A stretch of DNA of 64,000 bases from Marsupella aquatica (Eukaryota; Plantae; Marchantiophyta). Below, piece after piece: positions 1 to 13,919 of the stretch. The position numbers and the translations under genes were made by a program. The notes under the pieces were generated by a model. That model was not told the DNA's origin. It saw nothing but the letters and a program-made list of their open reading frames with translations, and did not search any database. Each line of letters opens with the position of its first letter. The stretch's first letter is position 1. The stretch covers positions 8,270,234 through 8,334,233 of the forward strand of contig OZ316894.1 in assembly GCA_973895155.1 (NCBI GenBank). The letters are read 5' to 3'.

Positions 1-1019
1 CTCCAACCGAGACTCTCAGATACTGGAACACTTGGCCTTGAGGAGCATCAGATAAGATATCAAAAGCTCCTTTCCAAATGCCAATTGATCCTCGCTGACT
101 TTGAGGGCCTGCAGTGGAGAAGCAGCCAGATGGCGATGGAGGTGAGTAGAGCACAGTACATGGGCCCAGACAAGTGTGTTGCTGCGCCACCGGACTCACT
201 AGCTTGAATGTGTCATGTTGTCAAGTTGCCATGCTATTTGTTGATCCGTTCCGAAGTTGTGAACATGACAACGATAACAGCCTGTGATCGAAAGGCAGTT
301 TTTGGTCCGCTCATCAAGTGCCGTTGAGAACCTTGCAGCGAGCTTTTCAGGGTGATGTCACAGCTGGGAGCTCGCTGGGACGATATCACAACAGTCGTGG
401 CGGATTGAGTTTCATAATGTATACATTTTTGGGTTAAGAGGTCGGGATTTCTCCGGACCTCGACTTCTGCCAAGCTAGGGGTAATTCCGACGACGCATCT
501 TAATGCTGATATCTGTTTGGGCAATTTGCACGAGTATGTAGCTTAGGTGATCTGTCCCATGTTTCGAGGGGCATTTGTATCGACGACAGGCAGCTGCTTG
601 TATGACCCAGCCAATTCCAGTTGGAAACGAGATGTGCACGCATCAAATTGAAACGTTGGCATGGGCGAGCAACATTGCGTTTTCTTCATAGTGAGAGGTG
701 ACGAAATCTCAGTGGCGGTGGTCGTCTTATACATATGATCGAGGCATTTACTGAGCTAGATTCTGATTCGGTCAGTGGAGAAATTAACTTAGGCTTCTTT
801 CAATTTAATTTTGCAGTGCTACTGAAAAAGACGATCAAGAGAATAATGGGATTAACGTTTGGCCAGTGGAGAAATTAACCTAGCTAGTCGAATTGATCTG
901 TGTTTACTTCGATTGCGGTACGCGCTAGCACTGAGTGTAAAGATCAACATTGCACTACACGTACTCGCTCCTAGGTGACCTCCGTCACGCGTACACTGAT
1001 TACTTCGAAGTGCCTAGTT

Positions 1020-4000
1020 GGAAGGACGGAAGAGGTATTATTGCTGGGATTCTGCGCTTGCTGCTGATTACATCGACCGTCGGTCCAATTTTAGCTCAAA
1101 GTGGTGAGTTTCCCCTGGGCCGTAAATTGGTTAGATCGAGAGTTGGTGGCTTTGGTCGGCCTGGCCTCTACTCTCTGTGTCAAATCTAACGCTCTACAAT
1201 TTCCACTAAAACGTTTCCGGCAACTGTGCAAATCACATTGCATTCTCTAGACTCAGTTGGAATATTTCAATTGTACAAGACTACTTTCAAGGTGATACAA
1301 CCTTAATCATTGCATTCTCTAGACTCAGTTGGAATATTTCAATTGTACAAGACTACTTTCAAGGTGATACAACCTTAATCAGTTATCAAAGCCCATTATT
1401 GACGCTGTTGCCGTATCTTATTGTCATGGGCGACCCTCAAGGAGCTTTCAGCACGGATTAATATATAGGGCCTGCAACCTTAATTGACTCCTTCACGTCA
1501 AGCTGTGTAAGTTCATGGACGTGTAGCTAAATTACCCTGAATTGTGCGCTTGTTTATAGGTATCCAGAGGATGACTATGACCGCATCTGGTCAGCACCAG
1601 AGGATTGGGCCAAAGAGCTTCTGACTGTCAACACGAACCAATCTCGCTTCAAATGGGCTGAAAGAGCGACCACCAGTGAAGGTAATGGAAGATGCTTGGC
1701 ACTATTCGCTCAGGTTCAGTTACACTCACATATACGAAGGGGTCACTTCCGTTGGTCAAATTGCTACCTACAGCTACTTCCAGGACATCAGTGGATCAGC
1801 CAACGCTACCTACGTCAGAGGGATGCAGTACATCATCAATAGTTTGCTCATCGATACGTTCAATTTGACGTCAGATCAACCGTACGAGGTCAAAAGTTGC
1901 ATCCTGGATATCTACGATCGAAATAGCGTGACCATCGCTGTGCAAAAAGATCCTTTGTCCGATTTGGATCCCATCTTAAATGCCTTTGAGATCTACTTAG
2001 TGCAGGATTGGGACGGAATATCAACTGCCAGCCAAGAAGGTCAGTCCAAAATGTTCTTCTGAATTTGAAGCTTTGAATTTTACTAGCTGTTTTTAGGACA
2101 GTAACATATATACATGATTTATCCTGACAGGTGGGACATCGAATGTAGAAGTGCTCGTCAGTTGACTTCCAGCCGGGCGTCCATTTTACTACTAGTATCT
2201 GCCATGCTAGGGTTTAATATAAGGACTGAAAGAAAGAAAATTAAATTGATTCAAAGGACAGCGTTTCAGTGGCACTCTGTTTGGAATTTTGAGCTCCAAT
2301 CTGTTTGAGTACTTAAAGTCTACACATTCTTGAATAGATTCGTTTGGGGCCAAGGTACTAGGAAGACAAGTTTCATTCTCTCTAGCTAGACCGACCCACT
2401 AGTTACCCAAGCTAGATGTAAGAGTACAAGCTAGCATCACTTCCAAGCACATTAATCACGATAAACCCTACGGTCCACTTTGTTACGTCAAAGCTCTATT
2501 AGTCATGCAACAGTGAAGTTCAAAATTGCTCACAGACAGGTCTTCAAAATATTACCCGCATAGAATTCAATGAGTTGAAATTTCTCGATGCCAGTACGCA
2601 CCCATGTACAGCTGTAGATATTTGCTTGTTTGAAATGGTGACGCGGCGTATCTGTAGTGAAAATAATTGAAAGTATCAAGGTCCTCCTCAACTTGAGCGA
2701 CTGGACTGGCGATCCATGCGTCCCAGTTCCTTACGATTGGTTGCGTTGCGAAAACTATTCCGCCAACCACAATTACGCCTCCCTAAACAATCAAACAATA
2801 TCGGGGGGAAGGGTGACCACTACTACAGTCATCACAAATATGTAAGTACTCTTTCGTGATGGAATTCGCTGCCGTTGAGCCCAAGACAGATCAGAATTTA
2901 GTGACAAATATGTGAATTGAATCGGTGAGTACATCTAGAATTCCTGCAAAACTCTGTGAGGCAAATCCCTAAAAAAATTATTCGAAGCGTTAATTTTCGG
3001 CAAATATGTTAGACAATTAATTGACATATTAACAGAGTTCATGATTATTAATGCATCATATTGCATTGTCGTGTCGTTTACTCATTTTGTTTCCTTGTGT
3101 CTGATCGACTCATGGTGATAGGAACTTGAGCTATACAGACATGGCGAGTATTCCTTCCATTGACTGGAGCACACTGGGGAATCTTACTGGCTTGGACTTA
3201 TCTATGAACAATTTCGGTGGCGATGTTTTAACGTTTGTACAAAACGTCAGTATGATCAAAAGTCTACAACAACTCTGAGTGCGAACCATCACATCCGCGT
3301 TATATTTGACGTTCTGTGTTCATTTTTGTACGAGATAGAGGATGTCGGACCTCCTTAGTCATTTGAGCACTTACTAATGCAGGATCTCAACCAATTGCAA
3401 TACATAATATGTTAATATTCTCAGCTGATCTAGCTAGCTTTACCATTGTTTCGACCAAGTTTACCGTCCTTTCTACTGAATCGAATTCAATTCTAGACAG
3501 ATGTGAAGTGGCGTCCTCTGGAGGGGTGTTGGGGTTGTATATAACGCAAACCAAATGTTCTCTACTAACTTGTTCCATCCCTTTGATTTCAGAAATGCGG
3601 CGAATATGAATTTGCTTGGAGAGTTTCCACTTGGCCATTTACATGACACTGGGATGTTCCCAAACTTAACAGAAGCGTGAGTATTGATAGTGCGATCTTG
3701 TATTTTATGAATTTAGTTCGTGATTTAGGCCATACATTCGAGCTTCTCACATAGCCAGACACAGGTGCTATTTGCTCTTATTTCCTTCCGCAGCTTACAA
3801 CCCGCCCTATCCTATATGGATCATCTAAATTGGTTGAAGCTGGATGATCAATACGTACCTTATATGGTCCGTGGCACAGAATGACCTGCAAAATTTGTAA
3901 ATCGTTGAATGTTCAGATATTTCGACGAAAATCCGAACATCCATGGGATTTTAGACCTCACTAGTTGGCGAAAGGCTTTGATATCTTGGAACGCTGCCAA

Positions 4001-7000
4001 TGCCAACGACAATGTGAAAGTAGCTGGGAATTTTTCTCTGTTCACCGGGCCATCGCCAGGGTTTCCAACGATTTCTTTGAGGAACAACAATATTATTGAC
4101 ATACATCCCAGTCTGGAGGATATGATGTCGGACATCGACACATTTCTGAGGGGTTTTGTGAATCGAGCCGACTCTTTCGTCAACTATGGCATTCTGTAAG
4201 CTACCTACCTACGTCCCTTTCCATTTCTGGTTTCAGATGGGAAGAAAACAAATCGGACAGGTCTCTCAATCGCTTGTGCCTCACCAATTTGTACAGTCGT
4301 ATTTGGCACGTAACTAGTGCCTGGTCGTGTGAATGGACGAGCTTCCCAGAAAGCAACCGCATATAATTAATTCATCTGAGGGGCATGGCACATTCCGTGG
4401 TCATTATTCGTGTGTACGTACATATTCTGCTTGTTGCTATTGGTTCGTTAGACTTTTGACAGCGAAGGAGCTGATCATCCCATCGATCTTGCCAGGCTTG
4501 GTGGCAACCCATGGTGCCTGCAAACGGACTTTAGCGCTCAACCTCTTTCTCAACAATACCTATGCCGTTCGTCCGCCAGCGATTATCTTCCCGGTAAGGT
4601 TGCAACATTCACAGAAATCAATTGTTTCTCTCTCAACTTACATTCACTGATCATCACAAGATACAGTTCATGCATACCCGTCGTCTATATTTGAGCGATT
4701 CAGTACGTACTCACAGAATTGGTTACTCTGAAATTGGTCATCGTGATAGCCCTGTACACGAGAGCACAATTCGCATTTTAGGGTTTTGCTTCTGCGCCCT
4801 TAAAAGACTGAAACTTTTTGTGAGGTATAGGTCATGAATTTATTCCCTGGGAAGCCGGCCTTGAAAGTATCGTGCTGGCCAGAGCTGACAAAAACTGTCT
4901 ACTGTCAGGCTTATCGAGCTTGAATTCTCCCCCAAAGGCTAAAGACATGGGCGCTATTATTGGTGTCGTAGTCGGAGCCTCCGCCTTGGTTGCTATCGTT
5001 TGCTTCGCAGCTATGTGGTGGTCCAGGAGCAGGTTGAAGAAACAAACGTCTGCTCTCAAGGAGATCCAGGACGGTGAGAATTGAGTCTACATTCCGTTGG
5101 CCATTTCTCTTTCGCAAACCTGTTCTGCATTCTTCAGGCTTGGGATTGTTGAGCCCTTCTTAATTCCTCGATCCAAAAGTATCGTGACTTCGTACTTTCT
5201 TCACCCGCACTCTGCAGCTTTGGGGAGACAGAAAGTACAGCCGCCGTTCTATAAGTACGCTGACCTACGAGCGGCTACAAATGAGTTCTCCTCCGGAAAT
5301 GAACTGGGACATGGAGCTTTTGGTAACGTTTACAAGGTAATTGATGTAAATTAACTTTGTTCCTATCTATCCGCCAACTGACAGTTCTGAACCAACTTAA
5401 GACTTCGGTGCATAGATATATATAAAGGGCTGATAATTGTTCAACAATTGCTTGAAGTAATATGAAAGCCAAACAAAGCTGCTTCACTTTGCACATCGCA
5501 TGCATGTGCATGCTCTCACAGCCTCAAAAGTTAGCATTGGTCCAAGTGACGAACATGCGACGATCGATGTGACATGCTCCACGCAGGGAACGTTATTGGA
5601 CAGTAGAGATGGAACAGTAGAGCAAGTTGCGGTGAAAAAGCTGTACCCCTCGAAGCAAGCGCTGACAGAGTTTCTGAACGAGGTAGTCCTGATCACCGGG
5701 ATTAAGCACCGTAACCTGGTTCAGCTGAAAGGCTGTTGCATTCATAAGACCGACATGCGCATGCTGGTGGACGAGTATGCTGAGAATGGCAATCTAGCAG
5801 AAGCACTATGGGGTATGTACGAGTCGATCTTCGTCTTAATTTGAGTACATTTCAACAATGCAGATCTTGTTCATGTGGAGTGATGATTGATCGGTACGTA
5901 GATATATTGCAAGGATATATCAGGTCTGTGCTTCGGATGTGTAGCAAAGTCTGCATGTTGTCATAATATACTTACTCTAACTAAATGGTGTTTTAGATCG
6001 GATAGAAATACATGCTTATAGTATATCAGATTGATAAAAGTTGCATTTCGATGTGTTATTTGCAAACAGATGAGGGTGGTAAAGCGGAGCCGAGCAGATC
6101 TACTCTAGACTGGCAGCGCGCAGCGGTTGAATATTTGCGTGGGAATTGCTCGTGGTCTCTCATATCTCCACGAAGAGCTGCAACCTCGGATCATTCACAG
6201 AGACATAAAACCTCCCACCATTCTAATGGACAAGAATTTCAATCCCAAGATTGCGGACTTTGGAACCGCTCGCTCTCTATCGGAAGAAATTGAAGCCGAA
6301 GACAGCTTCACAAAAAATGTTGCTGGGACTAAGTATGTAAATAGCTTGTAACACCTGTCCATTTGCAGGAGAGAAATCAAATTGAGTTCTTAAATGTAGC
6401 CAATAAAATGTAGCAACTCTCGACACGAGAAACCGTTCGATTTACGGATTTGTCAATTAATTACCTTGTGCTCCTATAGTAAGTTGTGGTAGCCACGTAC
6501 TGATCTGTCGACATGTTGTGTTTGGTTAAATTGACAGAGGTTACTTTTCTCCAGAGTACGCAACTAACGGCCAGCTGACGGAGAAGGCCGATGTCTATAG
6601 TTTCGGAATTGTTCTATTGGAAATTGTTAGCGGGAGGAGATGCATTGACCCTCACTTACCTGTTGAAAGACAATTCCTCCACAATTGGGTAAGCTCAAAA
6701 TGTCCACCAGTACATGACTCGTATATATTAGCAGATCCTATCTGATCGATAGGCTTGGCTATTCGTTGATGATTACACGTGCTGTGCAGTATATAAGTGA
6801 AATACAAGTCCAGGTTTCGAGAAAATTTTACGTATGAGACCTCGATCACGGTATCTATCATGTGGAGATTTGAGAGAAAATTCATGAAATCTGGAAACGA
6901 AAAAGTGGGCCGGCGGAGAATGAGCAACTAGCTCATTTGTGTTGGCGTGAACAACTTTGTGCCGAAAAATATTTTTGTCCTCTGAAACAACTCTCTTTAA

Positions 7001-7564
7001 ATATAGAAATGTTGTGACATTTTGTACAGCTCCCGTTCCTGCCTCGTGTCCTGCCTCTATATTTATCAATTTCGGTCTAGCTTATTCATGACGCATGTCT
7101 CAGGTGCACGTTCAGATATGGCGCTCTTGCGCATAATATAATCTTTGGTGTATCAGAATCTGATCAAGCAATTATAATTGTTCACATGTGCAGGCTCGAA
7201 AGTTGAAGGACGATGGTGGGAACCTGCTAGATTTGGTTGATCCACTGTACGAAAGACTGCCAACGATGAAGAGGTCTTCCGAGTGATCAATATCGCATTT
7301 TTATGTCTCGACTTCTATCCAGAAAAGAGACCAAGAATGTCAGAGGCAGTAAGCATGCTCCATGGACTAATGGATGTCACACTCTACAAGCCGGAATCAG
7401 CTACCAATAGTTTAAATTTTGGCCGACCAAGGTCTCAACACAACTATGTGAAGCTTGCTTTGGACCAAGTTTGTGAAGAAGATTCAATGGACAGCCTCTT
7501 GATGACTGGTACCTCAAGCGAGAGTAACCGTGACTTGGAGTTGACTAGGCTGTCAGCCAGATAG
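1020..7564 (+). pseudogene. Malectin-like + LRR receptor-like Ser/Thr kinase, multi-exon, disabled
   Basis: Signal-peptide-like exon ending LAQSG|gtgag (~1103); malectin-like motifs YPEDDYDRIW (1561), PPVKVM, PILNAFEIY; WTGDPC (2702); LRR exons (3122-3274, 3593-3676, 3920-4195); TM AIIGVVVGASALVAIVCFAAMWW; kinase motifs [40 protein letters not shown]. Frameshifts at ~1640, ~6118 and ~7250; LRR splice donor reads CTGAGT at ~3275. Start approximate. Confidence 0.9.
1236..1381. repeat. Exact 72-bp tandem duplication in first RLK intron
   Basis: cattgcattctctagactcagttgg...caaccttaatca at 1236 and 1308. Confidence 0.95.
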
Positions 7565-9159
7565 CTCCTACTGAAATTCAAAAGTGCAGCCTTAATTAGT
7601 CGGCAGTTTGTAGTAATCGTACACAGCGACCAGTCAATTATCCTACGAGAAGTATGTCTGTATGAATCCCGGTATGAATTAGGCAGGGAATTAGGAGCTT
7701 GAATTGGGACGGATCATTGCAGTGGGACGTGGTCATTCGATCCATAATTAACTCACAAGCCTCAGTGATTGTGTGCTCAAGAGATGAACTGGCACTGACT
7801 TCGAAGGATGATACAAGACAGTGAGGAACATTGTTCTGACAGCTTCATCATTCAGCTTGTTTCAAGCGCAAACTTCAGACTGAATACAACTCAAATTGGA
7901 AGGGCCTCCAATTGTACATTATGCAATCCGGTTAGGACTTACAGCTTGTACATCCAATTCTTTTAATTTTTTCTTGAAACGAGCACTAACTTTGTACATC
8001 TACTTGTAAGGTCAATAGTAAGCTAGAGTGAGGCAGTATGGACACCCAAAAAGAAAAATGTTTGCTTGATTGTACCCTGAGTTTGGTACCTTGATTGATC
8101 ACTAACGTATCCCATGAAATAACACTTTTCAATTTGTGGTCCCTCCAACATACTCCAAGAATCCAGAGCTCGATCTTGTCACCTTTACTTAATCAAGCTT
8201 TACTTAATGAAGAAGGAACTTACAGTAAGAGCACCCTTAAGAATTAATTAAATAGACATGCGGTGTACCTGGAAACCATTAATGATGGGAGTTGTCACCA
8301 TGGCAATAAAAAATGAGTGTACCTTAACAGTGTTTAGGGTTCATGAATAAAAAAATTAGACTTAAAGATTTCTCCAGGAAACAAATTCACCGTTTCAGAC
8401 CTGTAAGTCCAGGGAAAAAATATGTTGCCCATTCGTGATCCAGACTCGAGATTCCAAAACAATAAAATACATGGGGCAAAACACTTTGGAAATTTTATTT
8501 TTTTCTATTGAAATGAGTTGCCAACACACGTTTTGGCTAGGTGGCACCAAAATATAGGAAACACCTGCCAAACTGCATGGAAAAGATTCTGCTGATAGAT
8601 ATAGCGACTGCAGGAAAGTAAATTAAATTAATATTTTGCTATCAAAAACTGCAAACAGGTGGCGACTAATACACAATCTCGATGGCCATGATGGGGGTGG
8701 ATGGAGACTTCACATTATTTACCTGCCCCCTATATGTCTGCAATCAATATTATATAGCATGTTCATTCTGGAACATGTTTCATTTTTTTGTTTGTTTTAG
8801 TGATACATGGTATTCTAATTAGAATATAAAGAGTACATTGACGAGGAAGATGTACAATCTATGATATTGAAACTTGTGCACATAAAGTACCAAAATAAAA
8901 ATACACATGTAAAAAAAACAATGAACAAGAAAACTTAAGTTTATGGTATTAGGATGTGCACATAATGTAGTAGAGATACTTATCTATTTACTGTAGGTAA
9001 TGACACTCAAAATAATTAAAACCATAAATTTAGGACACAAACCATGAGTAGTACTTAAAGACATAAGGTGTCACATTATTTAGATCATTTCTTTCTATAT
9101 TCATCAGAACAAGGGCTAAAAATTCAACGAGCTTTGTTAAAGGGTGGATGATGGGTGCC

Positions 9160-9525
9160 AGAATAAATTGGAAATCTAAACTATACAAGAGATACACCTT
9201 GGTAAGATACATTGAAATAAAAATGCATAACAAAAGAAGTTTGAAATAAGACAAAATATTGAAAGTTACATTCACCATATAGCAGCTCCAAACAAATCAA
9301 TACTTCCGGAATAAATTGGAAATCTAAACTATACAAGGGATGCACCTTGGTAAGACACATTGAAATAAAAATGCATAATAAAAGTGGAAATCTAAACTAT
9401 ACAAGGGATGCACCTTGGTAAGACACATTGAAATAAAAATACATAACAAAGGTTTGAAATAAGACAAAATACTGAAAGTTGCATTCACCATTAATATATA
9501 GCAGCTTCAAAAAAATCAATACTAC
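9160..9525. repeat. Local tandem duplications
   Basis: ggaaatctaaactatacaag(a/g)gat(a/g)caccttggtaagacacattgaaataaaaat at ~9170, ~9318 and ~9386, with shared downstream sequence. Confidence 0.85.
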
Positions 9526-10099
9526 ACTGCCCGGTGATAGGGAAAATCTGAAGTGAAATGTCACAATGTCATCTGACGTGAAATGTCCCTTGTTTGACCT
9601 ATGGTGACAGAGGAAATGGCAGCGTCACAAACTAAACCAGTGATAGAACACCTATTTGAGTAATAGTGTGACTTTTCATTTCCAGAAATTCCCAAATGTA
9701 AATTGTTGATATTAATTAATTAATTAATATTATTAATATATTACAAAAAATACATGACATTAGCAATTCGTTGCCTAAAGTTTCTAATTATCACAAAAGT
9801 TACCATTTAAGTTCAATAGTAAATTGAACTCTCACTTTTGGGACTCCAAAACCAAAGGACATACATTCAAACTTGAAATGTGGAACACAATAAGGATAAA
9901 GCCTGTGAATAAAATCAATATATTTTTATTCATCATAAAACTGAATAAAAAACAACCAATTATTATAATGTAAGTAAGAATAATCTTGTATAATTATTCA
10001 CTCAAAAGAATATGAGACTAAAATATTATTTATACTACCCTTAGTTCTCATCTCTCAAAGTCTACATCTATTAAACTAGCATGCTGAGCATAGAATCTA

Positions 10100-10816
10100 A
10101 CTAAATATTAGATTCCACCAAACTTGAATTCATATTCGCTAAACCTTTTCATATGTTCTATGTCACCTTTCTCTTTAATCCATCTACATTTCCACACGTC
10201 CCTTTTTTTTTGCCAGTCTAAAGCGAGTGATTCTTGCAACCATTCTGGGTAGTTACTCTATATATTCATATGAGGAAGAATTCGACTTGTAGAGTTTCGA
10301 AAGGAAAGGAATAAGTCTATCTTTCAAGAAAGTGTCTTCTTCATTGCCCATATATGTAGGTGGGTATAAAGATGAGAAAAAGGGATTGCATATGGTCTTA
10401 AGGAGTGAATCCTCCAAAAGAGTAATGTTTTCCCTTATCTTGTGTGGCATTCGGATAAATACATAGTTTATGATTTTGGCATAAAGGTCATTAGTGTCTT
10501 GATCTCGACCAATCAGCTGCAATTTCTCTTTGCCAAAGATAAATTTGAGAGAAACTCTTTCTTCTTTGCTGAGCAAGAGACCCAAGTGTTGCAGAAGGTC
10601 CCTTACTGGCAAGCACGACCAAACTCCCACGTCAAAAAACTTGAAACAAAATTTCATGAACTCATGCAAGTATGGTCTGAGGAGTATTGTTTTATTTCCA
10701 ATGTTGAATCCCTTTGAGCTGTTCACAATATGAAATGATTTTGAATAGTAAATTAAGAAGAAAGCCATCCATGTCAATAACAAGCAATCTCTTCGCCTTT
10801 GACAAATTCACCACCT
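10100..10816 (-). pseudogene. FCP1/SCP (NIF)-like HAD phosphatase domain, transposon cargo copy A
   Basis: KRLLVIDMDGFL (DxD motif) lies in a frame shifted from the listed ORF containing RPYLHEFMKFCFKFFDVGVWS...NITLLEDS; the stop at 10253 is followed by further coding-like sequence. Confidence 0.75.
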
Positions 10817-11033
10817 GTTGATTGCAAATAAAAAATAAATCAATAAACACTGATATATGCAATTTGATAAACTAAATCAAAACAATACTTAACAATTGAT
10901 AAGATCAAATTTAAAACAAGTCTTTTTGAGTTATATATTTATATTTTTTGAATATACAAGGAGTATGTTTAAACAATTGTCCAGCTGGATAATCTCAATT
11001 ATATCTTTCATTCTTTCTATACTAAGAATGAAA

Positions 11034-11830
11034 CTACATAATCTTTTTCTCCAACAGTTGGAGAACCACTTTTCGTCTATTTTCAGGTCTATCACTCCAG
11101 TTCAACCTAAATGGTTTTCCTAAACTTTCACAATCTGCGAACATTATCAAAAACATTCCACAATTGTGAGAATCATTCTGCTTGGGAATATCTTTTGGAT
11201 ACAAATGTATCCAATTGCAAGCATTGACTGGTTCTAATTGTTGGGCATCAGCCTCATCTGCAATGTATCGTGATAAGTTTAGGAGCACTTCGGAGTCTTC
11301 ATTGTGGTAGGAATCAAGATAGGTTAAAGTTTTACTCTTGAGGTCAATTACAGCGAGAGTCCAGTGAGTAGGAATCAAGATAGGTTAAAGTTTTACTCTT
11401 GAGGTCAATTACAGCGAGAGTCCAGTGAAACCCACAATGAATTGGAACAAGTAATTTGTCACAGTCAAATATACTGTATCCCAATATATTTGGTTGACCA
11501 TCGAGAGATTTTGGAGTTGTAATTAAGAATAACCTACCCCAGCAAGTTTTGTATAGAACCAGGTATTGAAAAAGAGACATCTAAATGATTTGTACAACAT
11601 CAATGTTTCTCTCTCCTTCAATAAAATCATATAAGAGTTAATAACATCAGACTTCAACCATTCTCGTGGGCAGAGACATCTCATTACTTTACGAGTAATA
11701 TGGAAATCTTCGATTGTTGTCAAAACCTCATTCTGATCCAGGCTTCGACTGAGGCATGTGACTACTGCAGTCTCGTTAGTTTTATCAATTTGAAGAGAAA
11801 TTATCTGCAAGCATACAATTTCCTTTCAGA
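11034..11830 (-). pseudogene. Ulp1/SENP (peptidase C48) SUMO protease domain, cargo copy A
   Basis: CLCPREWLKSDVINSY, FFNTWFYTKL, LLVPIH-HWTLAVID (His), YLDS (Asp), PKQNDSHNCGMF (Gln/Cys); broken by frameshifts including a 61-bp tandem duplication (11307-11428). Confidence 0.9.
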
Positions 11831-11984
11831 AATTGATTCTGTACCCAAGAGCTACACCCCATGTGAACATGTATCCAATATTGTAGAAACTTACACAAAA
11901 TTGCATGTGTTGTACCTTTGAAATGTTTGATCCAGATGTTTCCGATGTTGAGTTTATCTCCATCAGGTCAGATTGTGAAAGTCT

Positions 11985-13490
11985 CTATTTTCCTCTTTGA
12001 AATGTTGACTCTTCTTGCGGATCCTGTCCATTTGGTTGTATGAACATTGGATGGTCAATTGACAAAACACTGTTCCGCTTATCATGAATGTTTGGCAATT
12101 CGCTGCATGGTACGAACCCGCTCATCAAACCTGCTTCAAGGAATGAATCATCTTTCACATCTTGTGACTTGCAATTGAAGGAAAGCCTTTTCATATCAGA
12201 CTCAGACTCTGTGCCAGGAGATAATTTTCCTTTTCTCAACTTCCGTCCACCAATGGGGGTCAAAGTTCTCGCAAAGTCTGTTGCAGAATCAATTTTAGGA
12301 TTCTCATCCACAATTTCAGTGAGTTGAATGCCTTCTTCTTGTCTCTTAGCTTGTTGTCCTTCCCGTTAAAGTTTCTCTGCTTTTTGCTCTCCTCCTTTTC
12401 TTGACCCTTTTTTCTTCTGTCTGTCTCTTTGTCAACCTTATACTTCTTTGTCCTCTCCGCATCAACCTTATCGTTCTCCTCCATCTCTTTCCTATCCGTC
12501 TCTTTCCTGTACTTATCCTCCTCCTCCTGCTTATCTTTTCGCTCCCTCTCTTTCCTATCCTTCTCCTGCTTATCTTTCTCCTCCTTATCTTTCCTATCCT
12601 TCTTCTCTTTCTCTTGCTTATCTTTCCGCTCCCTAGCCTCTCCTCGCTCTCTTCCCTATACTTCTCCTCCTCATGTTTATCTTTTTGCTCCCTCTCCTCC
12701 CTCTCTTTCCTATCCTTCTCCTCTTTATCCTCCTTATCTTTCCTATCCTTCTCCTCTTTCTCCTCCTTATCCGTCGCTTCCCTCTCCTCCCTCACTTTCT
12801 CTTCCTTATACCTCTCCTCCCTCTCCTTGTGTTGTTTTTCCTTATGAACCATCTCCTCCTTGAGCTTTCTTGCTTCCTCTTCAACTTTGGCCTTTTGTTT
12901 CTCTTCGGCCTTTTGAACTTCTTGCTCCCTTTTTTGTGCATCATGTGTATTCCTTATCGCCTCTCTTTGCAATATCTACAATACGGTTGAGGTCCCACCC
13001 CAAGACTTTGAATAGGAATATGGATACATTTTTTTGAATTTTCCTCAATCAGATAGCTCATTTGTTCTTCGTCATCATCTTTGTCGCTATCCTCATCCCA
13101 CGGTCCCCGAAAACCTTCACCTTGCAATTCCTGGCCCAATTGTGGAACATCTTCATTCTCACGGTCATCCCCTATTTCACTTGCCATTTCCTCCAAAGAA
13201 CCTACATCTTCACCTTCACTCTCAGGAATAGTTTCTCGACTGTCTGAATTGTCTTTAGAGGGGGTATCATCTTGGCATTCAAATGTGATCTCTCCTTTTT
13301 TTTCCTCTAAAACTTTGGAACACCACTCTTTCCTCTTGGGTTCATCCTCACTCAGGTTGGACCTCTTCTCGATTTCCTTATCAGCAGACAATTTTCCACT
13401 CACTCTCAATTGATCCTCTTCACTTATACCTCTCTTAGACCTCTTATGATATTCCCCAATGATCTCGACCCGATGGTCACCTAGTGCAAT
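11985..13490 (-). pseudogene. Acidic and K/E/R-rich low-complexity linker upstream of Ulp1, cargo copy A
   Basis: Frameshifted overlapping ORFs 12954-13493, 12346-12972, 12260-12484, 11985-12311 with EKDRKDKE-type repeats; same strand and contiguous with the Ulp1 domain. Confidence 0.7.
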
Positions 13491-13919
13491 CAAAGGAAAA
13501 CTTTAATATACTAGACAAGTTAATGGAGATGGAAATGTACAAATTTCTATACATGATATATGTACAGTTCACGGAACGGTGTTCCGCCATAGATGCCAAG
13601 AGACTTACTCAAATATACTCAATAACTGTATTTGATGTCAATTTGAATAATCAATAACCAATCTGACAAGTACGTGCTTGGATTTCATTGCAGATCCTGA
13701 GAAATCTAAAACGCTCCATATTACACTAACATAAACAGACTGAACCCAACACATTCGAATGAAAAATCTAAGATGGAACAATCTTTCAGCACCCATCTTA
13801 AACTGAATAAACTGAATAACCACATTTAAATATTTACTGAAATTCAGAGAATGGTTTTCTGCAATTATTCTAGTTCATTACTCAAACAACTATTTAGTCC
13901 TTAATTAGTTGTCTCAATG

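Noticed and set aside
1-950. Short ORFs, splice-like signals and an FDCG-like codon run at ~908
   Set aside because: No recognisable domain; the FDCG lies upstream of the signal-peptide exon and is probably chance.
8030-9000. Terminus of the copy-A element
   Set aside because: No matching TIR pair or TSD found between 8 and 17.6 kb.
12401-12990. Plus-strand S/L/F/P-rich ORFs resembling extensin or membrane proteins
   Set aside because: Antisense shadows of the K/E/R-rich minus-strand repeat.
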